A stretch of DNA of 46,631 nucleotides, taken from the IMG/VR virus record IMGVR_UViG_3300033412_000025. The stretch is one strand, 5' to 3'. Each line of letters begins with the position of its first letter. Position 1 is the first letter of the stretch. Under the pieces are notes generated by a model. It ran no database searches. It saw nothing but the letters and a program-made list of their open reading frames with translations, and was not told where the DNA came from. The translations under genes were made by a program, and so were the position numbers. Positions 7,909-17,800 of this stretch are shown piece after piece. Source of the stretch: a virus.

Positions 7909-9593
7909 TGGCTGACTTCCTCATCACCGCGCCCAACGGCAAGAAATACAAGGTCTCCGGCGAGACCAAGGAAGGCGCTGTAGCGGCATTGAAGAAGATG
8001 CTGGGCGATGCACCATCCGCGCCGTCTGATCCTGTCATCCGTAGCGGCCCTCAGGAAGGCCGTTTGCCGCCGCAAGACCAAGCCGCCGTCCCACTGGCCG
8101 ACCCGGTGCGGTCGGAACTTGCCACGAACGGCCCTGGCCCCACCGGACGGATTGACCCGGCCCTATACGAAATGGGCGCAATCGGTCGGCGGACGCAGGG
8201 CGAAGTTGTATCGGCGCAGAACGAGTATCCGCAAGAACTCACGGATGCCACGGGGGCTAAGTGGTATCTCGACCCGCAAACCGGGCGCTATATGAACCGC
8301 GAAGTTACCGCGCAACTTATGGCGAAACCGACGCAACTTGAGGCGGCTGGCGCTGGTGCACTTCAAGGTCTGACGTTTGGGACGGGCGATGAAATCGCTG
8401 GCATGATTTCCGGGCCAGCAATGCGTGAGAAAATCCGCGCGGCCACCGATGTTGCAAGGCAAGAATTCCCCAAAACCAGCACTGCCGCAGAGATTGGCGC
8501 AGCCGCGTCTATCCCGTTCGGTGGCGGCGCTACAGCGCCCACGCTCATGGGTGCGACCAAGGCGGGGGCCGTTACGGGCGCTGTGACGGGCGGCTTGTAT
8601 TCAGCGGCGTCCGAAGACGGCGGCGTGTTGCCCCGCCTTGAAGCGGGCCTGAAGGGTGCTGTGGCGGGTGGCATCATCGGGGCTGCTGCGCCGACGGTCA
8701 TCAACTATGGTTCCAAGGCAGTCAGAACGCTGTTCGGGAAGTCTGCGGCTCGCCCCACCATTGAGAGCCTCAAAGCGGTCAAGTCTGCCGCCTACAAAGC
8801 CGTGGATGACCTCGGGGAAACCTTCTCGCCGGATGAAATGGCAACGCTTGCCGACCGGGTGAAGCAGTCGCTGGCGGATAGCAACTACGTTCAAGGCGTG
8901 GACCGCCAAACGGATGCAGTCGTCAGCATCCTCGACAACAAATCCACTCAGGAACTGTCGTTGGGGCAGTTGGACAAGCTGCGCCAGAACTTCTGGAAGC
9001 GCTACGAAGCCGCCAAGAATGAAACCGGAATTCTGGACGCCATCGACGCGATAGACGAACTGGTTTCGTCGCGGTCCTCGGCTTCGGAAGCAATGGACGC
9101 CGCCCGCCTTGCGAACGCGCGCTACAAGAAAGCCGAATTGCTCGACCGGGCATTCCAAAAGGCGCAGGACCAGACGGCAGCTACCGGATCAGGCGGAAAC
9201 ATCCTGAATAAGTATCGTCAGGCGGTCACGTCCATCATCAACAACCCCAAGACCGCCAAGTGGTTTTCCGCCGAGGAAATCGACGTGATGCGGAAATTCG
9301 TTGAGGGGTCAACCACGCAGAACCTTCTGCGCCGTGTCGGCAAACTGTCCCCCAGCGGCAACGGTCTCATGATGGCGCTGAACCTGGGGGCCGTGTCCGC
9401 AAATCCGGCCATGCTCGGCGTGACGGCCTTGGCGTCGGGCGCGAAGGCTATTTCTGACAGCGCCACGGAGCGCGGGGTTCAGGGACTTATCGGGATGGTG
9501 GGCGGCGGTGCGCCGAAGCCCGTTCCCACATTCAGCACCGGCAACAGCAACGCGCTTGCGCCGATAGCGGACCAACTTCAGGGCCGGTTCTGA
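7908..9593 (+). CDS. Internal virion / ejection protein (561 aa)
   Basis: TGATG coupling to the previous gene. Gly/Ala-rich hydrophobic central region typical of DNA-ejection proteins. Confidence 0.6.
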   Translation: MADFLITAPNGKKYKVSGETKEGAVAALKKMLGDAPSAPSDPVIRSGPQEGRLPPQDQAAVPLADPVRSELATNGPGPTGRIDPALYEMGAIGRRTQGEVVSAQNEYPQELTDATGAKWYLDPQTGRYMNREVTAQLMAKPTQLEAAGAGALQGLTFGTGDEIAGMISGPAMREKIRAATDVARQEFPKTSTAAEIGAAASIPFGGGATAPTLMGATKAGAVTGAVTGGLYSAASEDGGVLPRLEAGLKGAVAGGIIGAAAPTVINYGSKAVRTLFGKSAARPTIESLKAVKSAAYKAVDDLGETFSPDEMATLADRVKQSLADSNYVQGVDRQTDAVVSILDNKSTQELSLGQLDKLRQNFWKRYEAAKNETGILDAIDAIDELVSSRSSASEAMDAARLANARYKKAELLDRAFQKAQDQTAATGSGGNILNKYRQAVTSIINNPKTAKWFSAEEIDVMRKFVEGSTTQNLLRRVGKLSPSGNGLMMALNLGAVSANPAMLGVTALASGAKAISDSATERGVQGLIGMVGGGAPKPVPTFSTGNSNALAPIADQLQGRF

Positions 9594-9709
9594 TCCCGCC
9601 CCATTAGACGATCCATTGACCTCTGGATGCGCCGATCCAAGCGGCGTTCATGCCACGCCCCAAGCGCGGCCAAAACGATGACGCCCAACAGGGCAAACCC
9701 CACAAGCAT
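9578..9709 (-). CDS. Candidate 43-aa single-pass membrane protein on the antisense strand (not in the ORF track)
   Basis: AGGA 8 nt before the ATG. Product is MLVGFALLGVIVLAALGAW + basic tail. It occupies an otherwise unexplained 145-bp gap. Confidence 0.3.
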   Translation of the reverse strand: MLVGFALLGVIVLAALGAWHERRLDRRIQRSMDRLMGRDQNRP

Positions 9710-9737
9710 CCGCACATCCTAGCACCGGGGACGCCGC

Positions 9738-10991
9738 ATGGCAAACCTTGCCAATATCCTTCCGCAAGTCATCAACGACGCCGACGGGAACCCCGTCCCC
9801 GGCGCGCTGGTCACGCTTTACGAAAGCGGCACGACGACGCTCAAGCAGCCCTATTCGGATAGCGCACTGTCGGTCGCCCTGTCGAACCCGCTGGTCGCGG
9901 ACGCGAACGGCAAGCTGCCGGGGTTCTACCTTGCGGCGGGCGCGGTCAAGGCGGTCATCACGACTAGCACCGGGGCCACGCTCGACACGGTAGACCCGGC
10001 ATTCGTGACCACGGACAGCGTGTCGGCGGCTTCGCAAATCACCTTTAGCCCCACGGTCGAAATCCCCGCCGACAACGTGCAGGACGCGATTGTTCTTGCG
10101 GCGGCATCGGCGGCGTCCGGCTACGCGACCTATGGCGTCGGCATCACCGGCAACGCGACCCTACTGGCGAACCTGGACGACACGGGCATAGGCGGCGGCG
10201 AATACCGCTTTGATGCCACCACGACCGGCACCTTCCCGGCGGGCGTTGTCGCCTCGACCACGGGCATCGTGAAGTTTGTTCGGCAGACGAGTTCGACGGC
10301 CAAGATGTTCCTCTATCCGGTTGGGTCGGATCGGGAATATGTGCGCCGCCTGACGAGTTCCGCCTATCAAAGCTGGCGCGAAAACATCACGTCCAACCAG
10401 ACGCTCACGCGCGGCGATCTGGTCTACATGGGGGCGTCGTCCCCGTCCCGCCTTGCCGTTGGATCGGCGGGGCGCGTGCTTCGCAGTGACGGCACGGACC
10501 CCGGCTGGGGGTCGGCGTGGACGCTTTCCGCCACGTCCGCCACCACATCAGGGTCAACGGTCAACTTCTCCTCGATCCCGTCTTGGGTTCGCAAGATTAT
10601 CGTGCATTTCAATGCCGTTTCCTGCACGGCTTCGGCCAACGTGGGCCTGCGGATTGGGACAAGCGGTTCGGCGGACACCACGGGATATTCAAACAACAGC
10701 TATCGCATTCGTGACGGTGCATCGCCGCTTCAGGCCACGCCCGCGCCGACGACCTATCTGTTCGTGGTCAACCACGCCGCTGGTTCGGACACCCTGTCGG
10801 CGGACGTGTTCCTGAATTTGACCGACACGTCCACAAACCGCTGGTCAATGTCGGTCGGCCCCGCCAGCCGCACGGGTTCTGATCTGTTCTTGGGCTACGG
10901 TTCAAAATCCCTCTCGGGCGCTCTCGATATTGTCCAGGTCTACACGGACGGGACGTTCGACGCCGGGTCTGTCTCCATCTCCTATAGCTGA
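9738..10991 (+). CDS. Tail fibre protein (417 aa)
   Basis: N-terminus typical of fibre/spike adaptors (DADGNPVPGALVTLY..ADANG), with a Ser/Thr-rich beta C-terminal domain. Confidence 0.65.
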   Translation: MANLANILPQVINDADGNPVPGALVTLYESGTTTLKQPYSDSALSVALSNPLVADANGKLPGFYLAAGAVKAVITTSTGATLDTVDPAFVTTDSVSAASQITFSPTVEIPADNVQDAIVLAAASAASGYATYGVGITGNATLLANLDDTGIGGGEYRFDATTTGTFPAGVVASTTGIVKFVRQTSSTAKMFLYPVGSDREYVRRLTSSAYQSWRENITSNQTLTRGDLVYMGASSPSRLAVGSAGRVLRSDGTDPGWGSAWTLSATSATTSGSTVNFSSIPSWVRKIIVHFNAVSCTASANVGLRIGTSGSADTTGYSNNSYRIRDGASPLQATPAPTTYLFVVNHAAGSDTLSADVFLNLTDTSTNRWSMSVGPASRTGSDLFLGYGSKSLSGALDIVQVYTDGTFDAGSVSISYS

Positions 10992-11000
10992 GGTCGCGGC

Positions 11001-14000
11001 ATGTTTCTTGGCTTTGACATCAGCGTAAAATGGCGGCAACCGGGGCTTGCGGGCTTCAAGTCGTCCGTTGCGTTCCCCATCGGCCAAGCAATCCCGAACG
11101 GCTACGCATCCAACAACACTGACCTGCCCTATGCGGCGGCGGCGGCGGAATTCGACGCCATCGTCACCGAAAGCCGCGCGTTGCCCAGCAGCGTCTGCAC
11201 CATCACGAACTCGGGTGTGCTTCAAGCCGAACGGGTTTATTCGTTCACCTCGCTGAACACGGATGTCGCTGCGGCCTTCGCCCCCCTGCACACGCTGCAC
11301 GTCCTGCACGACCCGACGCGCGAACCCGCCGCGCTCACGGTCTCGGCCACACCCGCCGCCACGAATTACTGGCAGACGGTGCTGACGCAGCGGGTGACGG
11401 CCTACAACAGCGGCGTCACCGGCTTCTCGACCCTCCCCGTCATTGAACTGTGCAACGAACAGGTCATTCCCGGCGGATACGCATCCTCAATCTTCAAGAC
11501 GGCGGCGGCGGCGGATGGCACATGGTCGCTCGCGTCCGAGATAGGCGCGGCGGTTGTGCTTTATGACGCGATGGTCGCTCTCGGCCAGACGCACCGCTAC
11601 GCCATCGGGGAAAGCCAACTGGAGGATGGCGGCATGGGGGTCGGCATTGATCCGGTCCCCGTGAACCACGGCATCAGCCGCGCCCGGAAGCGCGCGCAGA
11701 TGGTCAAGTGGTGGCATGACTTCCTCGCCGCGCGACAGTTCCGCCCGATCATGCGGATGCAGGGTCATATCCAGGCCGAAGTGCCGTTCTACCAGTCCGA
11801 ATTCGACTTTTTCGTGGACGAACTGGCGGGGATGCTGCGGATTGACATCGGCATCGGCGAACTGAACGTGACGTGGCAGAACAACGACCAGCTTTACGCC
11901 GACAGCCCGACCGACACCATCAAGCGCAACTACTCCGCAAGCCTGTGCGGTGTCATCGCGCGCGAAATCCACACGCGGGCGGGGCTTAACCACCTGATCG
12001 GGTGGACGGACGCCTCGTCGGACGGCCTTGACCGCATGACCATCATGGAAAGCGGCGCGCTGTCGGAACTCGGGCGCACGTTGCAATCCACCATGCGCAC
12101 AGCCGTCACCGGCACCGCGCAGAAGCGCGCGCTTGCGCCCATTGCCTTCACCACGGCGGCGGAGGCGCAGGCCATCCCCTACTGGTCCGGCATTACGACG
12201 GTAAGCTGGGGCGCATACGGGACGGGCGGCGCAATGGCGCTCGACTTGGCGCGGTTCAAGGCGCGCACGGCGGACAACGGTTCGCCCGCAAAGGCCCCGA
12301 CGCACAACGCCACGCTTGTCTGGCACGGGCGCATCAATGCCGCCGCGTCGGGGATGACGCTGTTCGAACTGAAGGACGGGTCAAGCAACGTTCTTGCGTC
12401 GGCACAGACGACCGTGGGCGGCACCATTTCCGTCACGCTTCAGGGCACGACGACGGACCTTGGCGCTTACGCGACGGGCGACCTCATCAAGATTGCCATC
12501 GACCAGAACGGCACGACGGCCATGCGCGCGGCGATGGGCCGCTATACGACCGCGACCGCGCTTGTGCAAAGCAGCGTTGCCAGCAAGTCCGCGCCCGCCG
12601 CCACGGACGCGGCGACGATGACATTCCCGGAAACGACCGGCAACGTCCGCACCTTCGCGGTGGCGATGTATTACGACACGTCGCGGCTTTCGACCGACGC
12701 CGCCCTGCTGGCAGAACTGAACCCGCGCCCGGAAAACTACCTGAACCCGACGCTTCTGGCCGCAAGGCCGGTTTCGCTGTCCATTTCGGGCACGACGGTG
12801 CCGGAAAACACCGCGCAGGGCACGACCGTAGGCGTTGCCACGCCGGTCAATTCGTCCAACCCCGGCGCGGTGCGGATCGTCTCGCAGACGCTGGCGGACG
12901 CGCTGGAAATGGCGTCTGACGGCCTGACTTACGTGGTCGGTTCCGGCTATGCGGCCTTGAACTACGAGGCTGTTCAGAGTTTCACCGCCACGTTCGAATT
13001 CGTCGATGATGTCGGCGTCCACCAAGCCACGCAAGCATTCACAATCACGGACGTGGTGGACGGCCCGACCACGGCGGGGGCGGCGCAGACGATTGCGGCG
13101 TTCGTCGGCACCCCGCGCCTTGGCACCGCCATAACGGGCGACTTGGACGACATCATCGTTTCCCCGTCCGGGCGTCCGCTTTCCTTCACCGTGACGCGCG
13201 GTTCCGTTGGGTCCGGCAATAGCTGGACATGGACGCCAGACGTGTTGGGGCCGATCACGCTGACCTTCAGCGCAACGGACGCGGATGGGCAGACGGTCAT
13301 CGTTCCGTTTGACACGACCGTTCTTGCGGCGAACCAAGCACCTGTCGCGGGGAATGTCACCCTGACCGTCATCGTGCCGCCACCGCCTGCCGCCGTCGCG
13401 CCGTCGAACACCGCCGTCCCGGTCATCAGCGGCACACAGAAGGTCGGCAACACGCTTTCCACCACGTCCGGCACATGGACGGGCGATGCGCCGATCACCT
13501 TCACCTACAAATGGCAGCGGTCCAATGACGGATCGTCCGGCTGGGCCGATATTTCGGGCGCGACTGCGGCCACCTATGACCTCGTGGCGGCGGACGACCA
13601 GAAGTATGTGCGCTCGGTCGTGACGGGCACGAACGCGACCGGTAGCGCCACGGCGAACTCCGCCGCTTCGTCGCAAATCGTCTACGACGTGCCGACGAAC
13701 ACGGTTGCGCCGACGATCAGCGGCAACGCCACGGTCGGCCAGACGCTTACGGCGGTCGATGGCACCTTCACCCCGACCTCGACCATCACGCGCAAGTGGC
13801 AGAACTCGGCGGATGGATCGACCGGCTGGGCGGACATCGCGTCGGCAACAAGCGCGACCTATGTGCTTCAGGCGGGGGACCAGTCCAAATATGTGCGCTG
13901 CCTCGTTACGGCGACGAACTCGGGCGGGTCTGTCAGCACGGCGTCCAACGTCATCGGCGCGATTGCTGCCGCCCCGTCCGGTCTTGTGCTGCCTCCGACG

Positions 14001-14666
14001 CTTCTTGGAACGGCAGTATCACAGGCACTTGCGACGCAGTTTGAAACTGGGTCGTTCGCCACCAAGGACACGTCGATCCTTCTGATCGAAGTGCATACAG
14101 TCAACTCCGTCAGCACGACCCTCCCGACGACGTTCAACGACATCACCATCGGCGCGGCAGGCAGGGCGTTCGGCACCGGCACGTCGATTTCGATCACGCC
14201 GGTAAAGCAGAAGAACGCGTCTCGGATTAACACCCACGCCTTCATGCTGCTCGTTCCGGCTTCCGCATCTGGGCAGACGGTGCAGGTCCGCCTGACGGAC
14301 GCCTCGCGCGGCACGGTTGTCAGGGTGTGGGAATACGACGGCGCGAACCGCACGTCGAACCCTGGCAATACGGCGCTGCCGACGCTCAACGGGTCGCAGA
14401 CATCGACACCGTTCTCGTTCTCGACGGCAAACGCGGACAGCGCGGTGCACTACTGCGGCTGCAAAACCTACAGCGGCGTCACCATCACGATCACCGGCGC
14501 GACGGACATCGACCAGCGCACTTCAAGCGGCACGACAAGCTCGGAGGACATCGAAAGCTGGTCCGCCTACGAGGTCGCTGCGACGGCGGGAACCTACGGC
14601 ATGACCGCTTCATGGAGCGGTTCGCAGAACCAAGCCGGTGTCGCAATCGAAATCAGGAAGGCATAG
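11001..14666 (+). CDS. Giant tail-associated multidomain protein (1221 aa): clan GH-A-like glycosidase + cadherin-like + Ig-like repeats + C-terminal beta domain
   Basis: VIELCNEQV and IGIGELNV are candidate acid/base and nucleophile Glu motifs. VPENTAQGTTVG is cadherin-like. NQAPVAG linker. Two tandem units of about 95 aa. Confidence 0.7.
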   Translation: MFLGFDISVKWRQPGLAGFKSSVAFPIGQAIPNGYASNNTDLPYAAAAAEFDAIVTESRALPSSVCTITNSGVLQAERVYSFTSLNTDVAAAFAPLHTLHVLHDPTREPAALTVSATPAATNYWQTVLTQRVTAYNSGVTGFSTLPVIELCNEQVIPGGYASSIFKTAAAADGTWSLASEIGAAVVLYDAMVALGQTHRYAIGESQLEDGGMGVGIDPVPVNHGISRARKRAQMVKWWHDFLAARQFRPIMRMQGHIQAEVPFYQSEFDFFVDELAGMLRIDIGIGELNVTWQNNDQLYADSPTDTIKRNYSASLCGVIAREIHTRAGLNHLIGWTDASSDGLDRMTIMESGALSELGRTLQSTMRTAVTGTAQKRALAPIAFTTAAEAQAIPYWSGITTVSWGAYGTGGAMALDLARFKARTADNGSPAKAPTHNATLVWHGRINAAASGMTLFELKDGSSNVLASAQTTVGGTISVTLQGTTTDLGAYATGDLIKIAIDQNGTTAMRAAMGRYTTATALVQSSVASKSAPAATDAATMTFPETTGNVRTFAVAMYYDTSRLSTDAALLAELNPRPENYLNPTLLAARPVSLSISGTTVPENTAQGTTVGVATPVNSSNPGAVRIVSQTLADALEMASDGLTYVVGSGYAALNYEAVQSFTATFEFVDDVGVHQATQAFTITDVVDGPTTAGAAQTIAAFVGTPRLGTAITGDLDDIIVSPSGRPLSFTVTRGSVGSGNSWTWTPDVLGPITLTFSATDADGQTVIVPFDTTVLAANQAPVAGNVTLTVIVPPPPAAVAPSNTAVPVISGTQKVGNTLSTTSGTWTGDAPITFTYKWQRSNDGSSGWADISGATAATYDLVAADDQKYVRSVVTGTNATGSATANSAASSQIVYDVPTNTVAPTISGNATVGQTLTAVDGTFTPTSTITRKWQNSADGSTGWADIASATSATYVLQAGDQSKYVRCLVTATNSGGSVSTASNVIGAIAAAPSGLVLPPTLLGTAVSQALATQFETGSFATKDTSILLIEVHTVNSVSTTLPTTFNDITIGAAGRAFGTGTSISITPVKQKNASRINTHAFMLLVPASASGQTVQVRLTDASRGTVVRVWEYDGANRTSNPGNTALPTLNGSQTSTPFSFSTANADSAVHYCGCKTYSGVTITITGATDIDQRTSSGTTSSEDIESWSAYEVAATAGTYGMTASWSGSQNQAGVAIEIRKA
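13398..13964 (+). repeat. Tandem in-frame duplication encoding two Ig-like modules (13398-13682 and 13683-13964)
   Basis: Shared pattern between units: VxxIsGxxxVGxTL..xxGTxT......KWQxSxDGSxGWADIxxATxATYxLxxxDQxKYVRxxVTxTNxxGS. Confidence 0.75.
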
Positions 14667-14668
14667 CG

Positions 14669-14890
14669 ATGACGACGAAGCTGGAAGTGTGGGTCGAAAG
14701 TTCCGCCTCATGGCGGGGCCTGAAGCTGAATGCGGCGGGGGAACCCGTCTATGAGAGCAACGGCTCCAAGGTCGGGCAGGGGATGCGGATCACGCGCGTC
14801 GTGGACGTTCCGATCCCTCCGCCGCCTCCGCCCGTCAATCACCCGCCCGTCGCTGGCGACATCTCATTCGTGGGGACGATCAATGGCTGA
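14669..14890 (+). CDS. Small ORF (73 aa) ending in a poly-Pro linker and NHPPVAGD; possibly the detached N-terminus of the next gene
   Basis: ATG 2 nt after the previous stop. Its stop overlaps the next start (ATGGCTGA). Confidence 0.55.
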   Translation: MTTKLEVWVESSASWRGLKLNAAGEPVYESNGSKVGQGMRITRVVDVPIPPPPPPVNHPPVAGDISFVGTING

Positions 14891-17800
14891 CTTCTTTGAG
14901 CAGTTCGGTTTGAACCTTCTCAGCCTGTCGTCGGACCCTGACCCCGGCGACACCTTCTCGATCTATCAGGCGGGCACGTCGGCAGGGTCTCTGGCCGCGC
15001 CTGTCTATCCGCAGACCTACAGCCTCTCGGTTGGGACGCTGACGCTGCTGTCCGCGAACGGCGACTTCAAGGTCACGCTCGCGAACAACAACTCGAACCC
15101 TGCCGATGGCGTGACGCAGGCGGTCGGGACAATCTACTTCAAGCTGATCGACAGCAACGGCGCGATTTCTGCGAACATCGGCCAAGCCACCATCAACCTG
15201 CGTTCGCAGTCCGGCGGAACCGCCCCGACGCCCGTGACTTCCGGCCTGCTGGCATGGTGGAAGCCGGACGCGGGCGTGACCCTTGCGGGGTCGAACGTCT
15301 CGCAATGGACCGACCAGCAAAGCAGCCGGTTGCTCACCGCAGTCGGTGCGCCGGTCATGACGACCGGGCCGTCTGGCGCGGCAATGGTGGCAATCAACAA
15401 CAACGCGGGCTTCACCGGGACTAACCTATCCGGCCTGCCGACCGGGGCGGCGTCCCGCTCGATCCAGATGTTCTGGCGTCCGCGTGTGCCCTACTACGCG
15501 GGCGCGGGCTACGGGTCGAACGCGACCGATCAGGCGTTCACGAATGCCGTGGATGACGCGGGCGAAGTGACCTGCGACTTCCGCAACGGGCGGCTGGCTT
15601 CGGGTATGCGCCCGCTGAACCAGTATATCGCCACGACCGTCACCTATGACGGGACAACGGTGAAGGTCTACATCGGCGACGTGCTGGTGGCATCGCAGGC
15701 CAAGGTTCTCGCGACCGGCGCGTCCCTCATCAATATCTGCCGCACCTTCTCCGGCTTCACCACGCAAGCCGATGTGGGCGATGTGCTGATCTACGGGCGC
15801 GAACTGACGCTAGCCGATGTGGTCATCACCAACAACTACCTGCGGCAGAAGTTCGTCGGTTCGGCGTCGATCACGGACCCGACCTTCTCGGCGGCAACTG
15901 CTGTTGCTCAGACCTCCTTCACTGCGAACGTGACGGTTGGTGCGTCCTTTGGCGTCGTGGCATGGGCGGCGCGCACATCGTCCACCACGATGACCGAGGC
16001 TGAAATCCTCGCCGGAACGGGGGCCATTTCCTACGGGCTGGCTATCTCCAACGGCACCGGCACGGTCGCCATTCCGGTCACGGGCGGCGCGGCCTCGACG
16101 GCCTACTACGTCAATATCATCGTCTACGGTATCGCGGGCGGAAAATCGACCGTTGTGAAATCGTCCAGCGTGACGACAACGGCAGCGCCCGTTGCGAACC
16201 CGACGCTTTCCGCCGCCAGCCTGACATCGACCGGCCAGACCACGCTGGTCGGGTCTGTAACGACCGACCGGGGCAACGGCACACTTGAATATGGCCTGAT
16301 GCTTTCGACGGCATTGGACCCGACCCTGACGCAGTTGGAAGCGGGCACGGACGGCAACGGCAACCCGCTGATCGGCGGGCTGCGGACGCAGGCCATCACG
16401 GCGTCGGGCGCGCAGGCCATCGCGATAACCGGCGCGACGGCGGCGACGACCTACAAGGTCGCATATGGACAGCGGGACGGCTCCAGCAACGGCTCCAACA
16501 TCGTCACCGCATCCGCGACGACGGACGCCGCCACCGTCACCACGTCCCTGACGCCGGACTTCAGCTACACGACAATGGCGGCGGTCAAGGCGAAGCTGGC
16601 GGAATGGGCGGCGAACCCCGGCGGCACGGCCCCCACCGGCAAAACCCCGACGCAGACGCGCGTGGTCGCACTTTCGGCCCCCATCGGGTCCGGCGATACG
16701 CTTTCCGGTTATGACTTCTCCGCCATCACGGGCGGCGTCATTTTCCGGGGCACCGGACCCTATGGCTACAATTCATCGTATCCCTATGAACCCACTTGCG
16801 GGTCCGACATCAACGGCACCCTGACGGTCCAGAACTGCCGGAACCTTCAGGTCTACGGCATCACGGCGCGGAAGATGGTCGTCACGGGCTGCACCGGCTT
16901 CAAGCGCGACCGCGTGTCGATCCATTCCAAATGGTCAACGACGCGCTCGCAGCCGTCCGTCGCCGGTCCCGGCGTCGATTACACGAACTGCCCCGGTGTC
17001 GTTGACACGCGCTCGCATATCGGTGGGTTCAACACGCTGTCGGCCACGTTCCGCAACGGTTGCGACGACGGCGTGTTCGAAAAGTTCTATATCGAACAGT
17101 TTTCCAACGACATGTTCAAGTGCTTGCCGGGGTCAAGCACCTTGGCGCGCATCAAGGAACAGCGCGGCTGGGCAGGTCGCGACAACCTATCCAATACATC
17201 TGCGCATTCTGACTTCACCCAAAACCAGGCTGGTGTGACGCCCGATTACTACTTTTGGGGGAACTGCGCGATTGAGGGCGCAACGCTCAACGGCGTGTCG
17301 TTCCAAGGGGGCTTGTGGCAGTCGAACACGAACGTTTCCGACAACTGCATTGCATCGCAGAACATCCTTGCGATCCGGGGCCAAAATGCTCTGGCGACGG
17401 CGGCGGGCACCAACGACACCTGCTCTTACAATACCCTGCTGTATTCCGAACACGGCGCGCATGGGTCGGTGCAGCCTGCGGGCGAACTGGTCCCGAAAAT
17501 CTCGGGCACATGGTCAACGCTGGAATACAACATCTCCTGCCGCGCGAACTCGGGCGGCTCGAACTCGGGCGGCACCGGCTCGATCATCATCACCTGCGGC
17601 GTAAACTTCAACACGGGCGGCGTTGCGACCCTCAATGAACTGATCCCACTGTTCCAAGGCTTCCCCGGCGAACAGACCTACATCGACACCGTGAAGCCGG
17701 TCGCTGGTGCGGTCACGCATTGGAACTACTCGGGCCAGAAGGTCGGCGCTTACCTGCGGGCGCAGGAAATCTTCCAGGACGGCATTCACCCCGGCAACGA

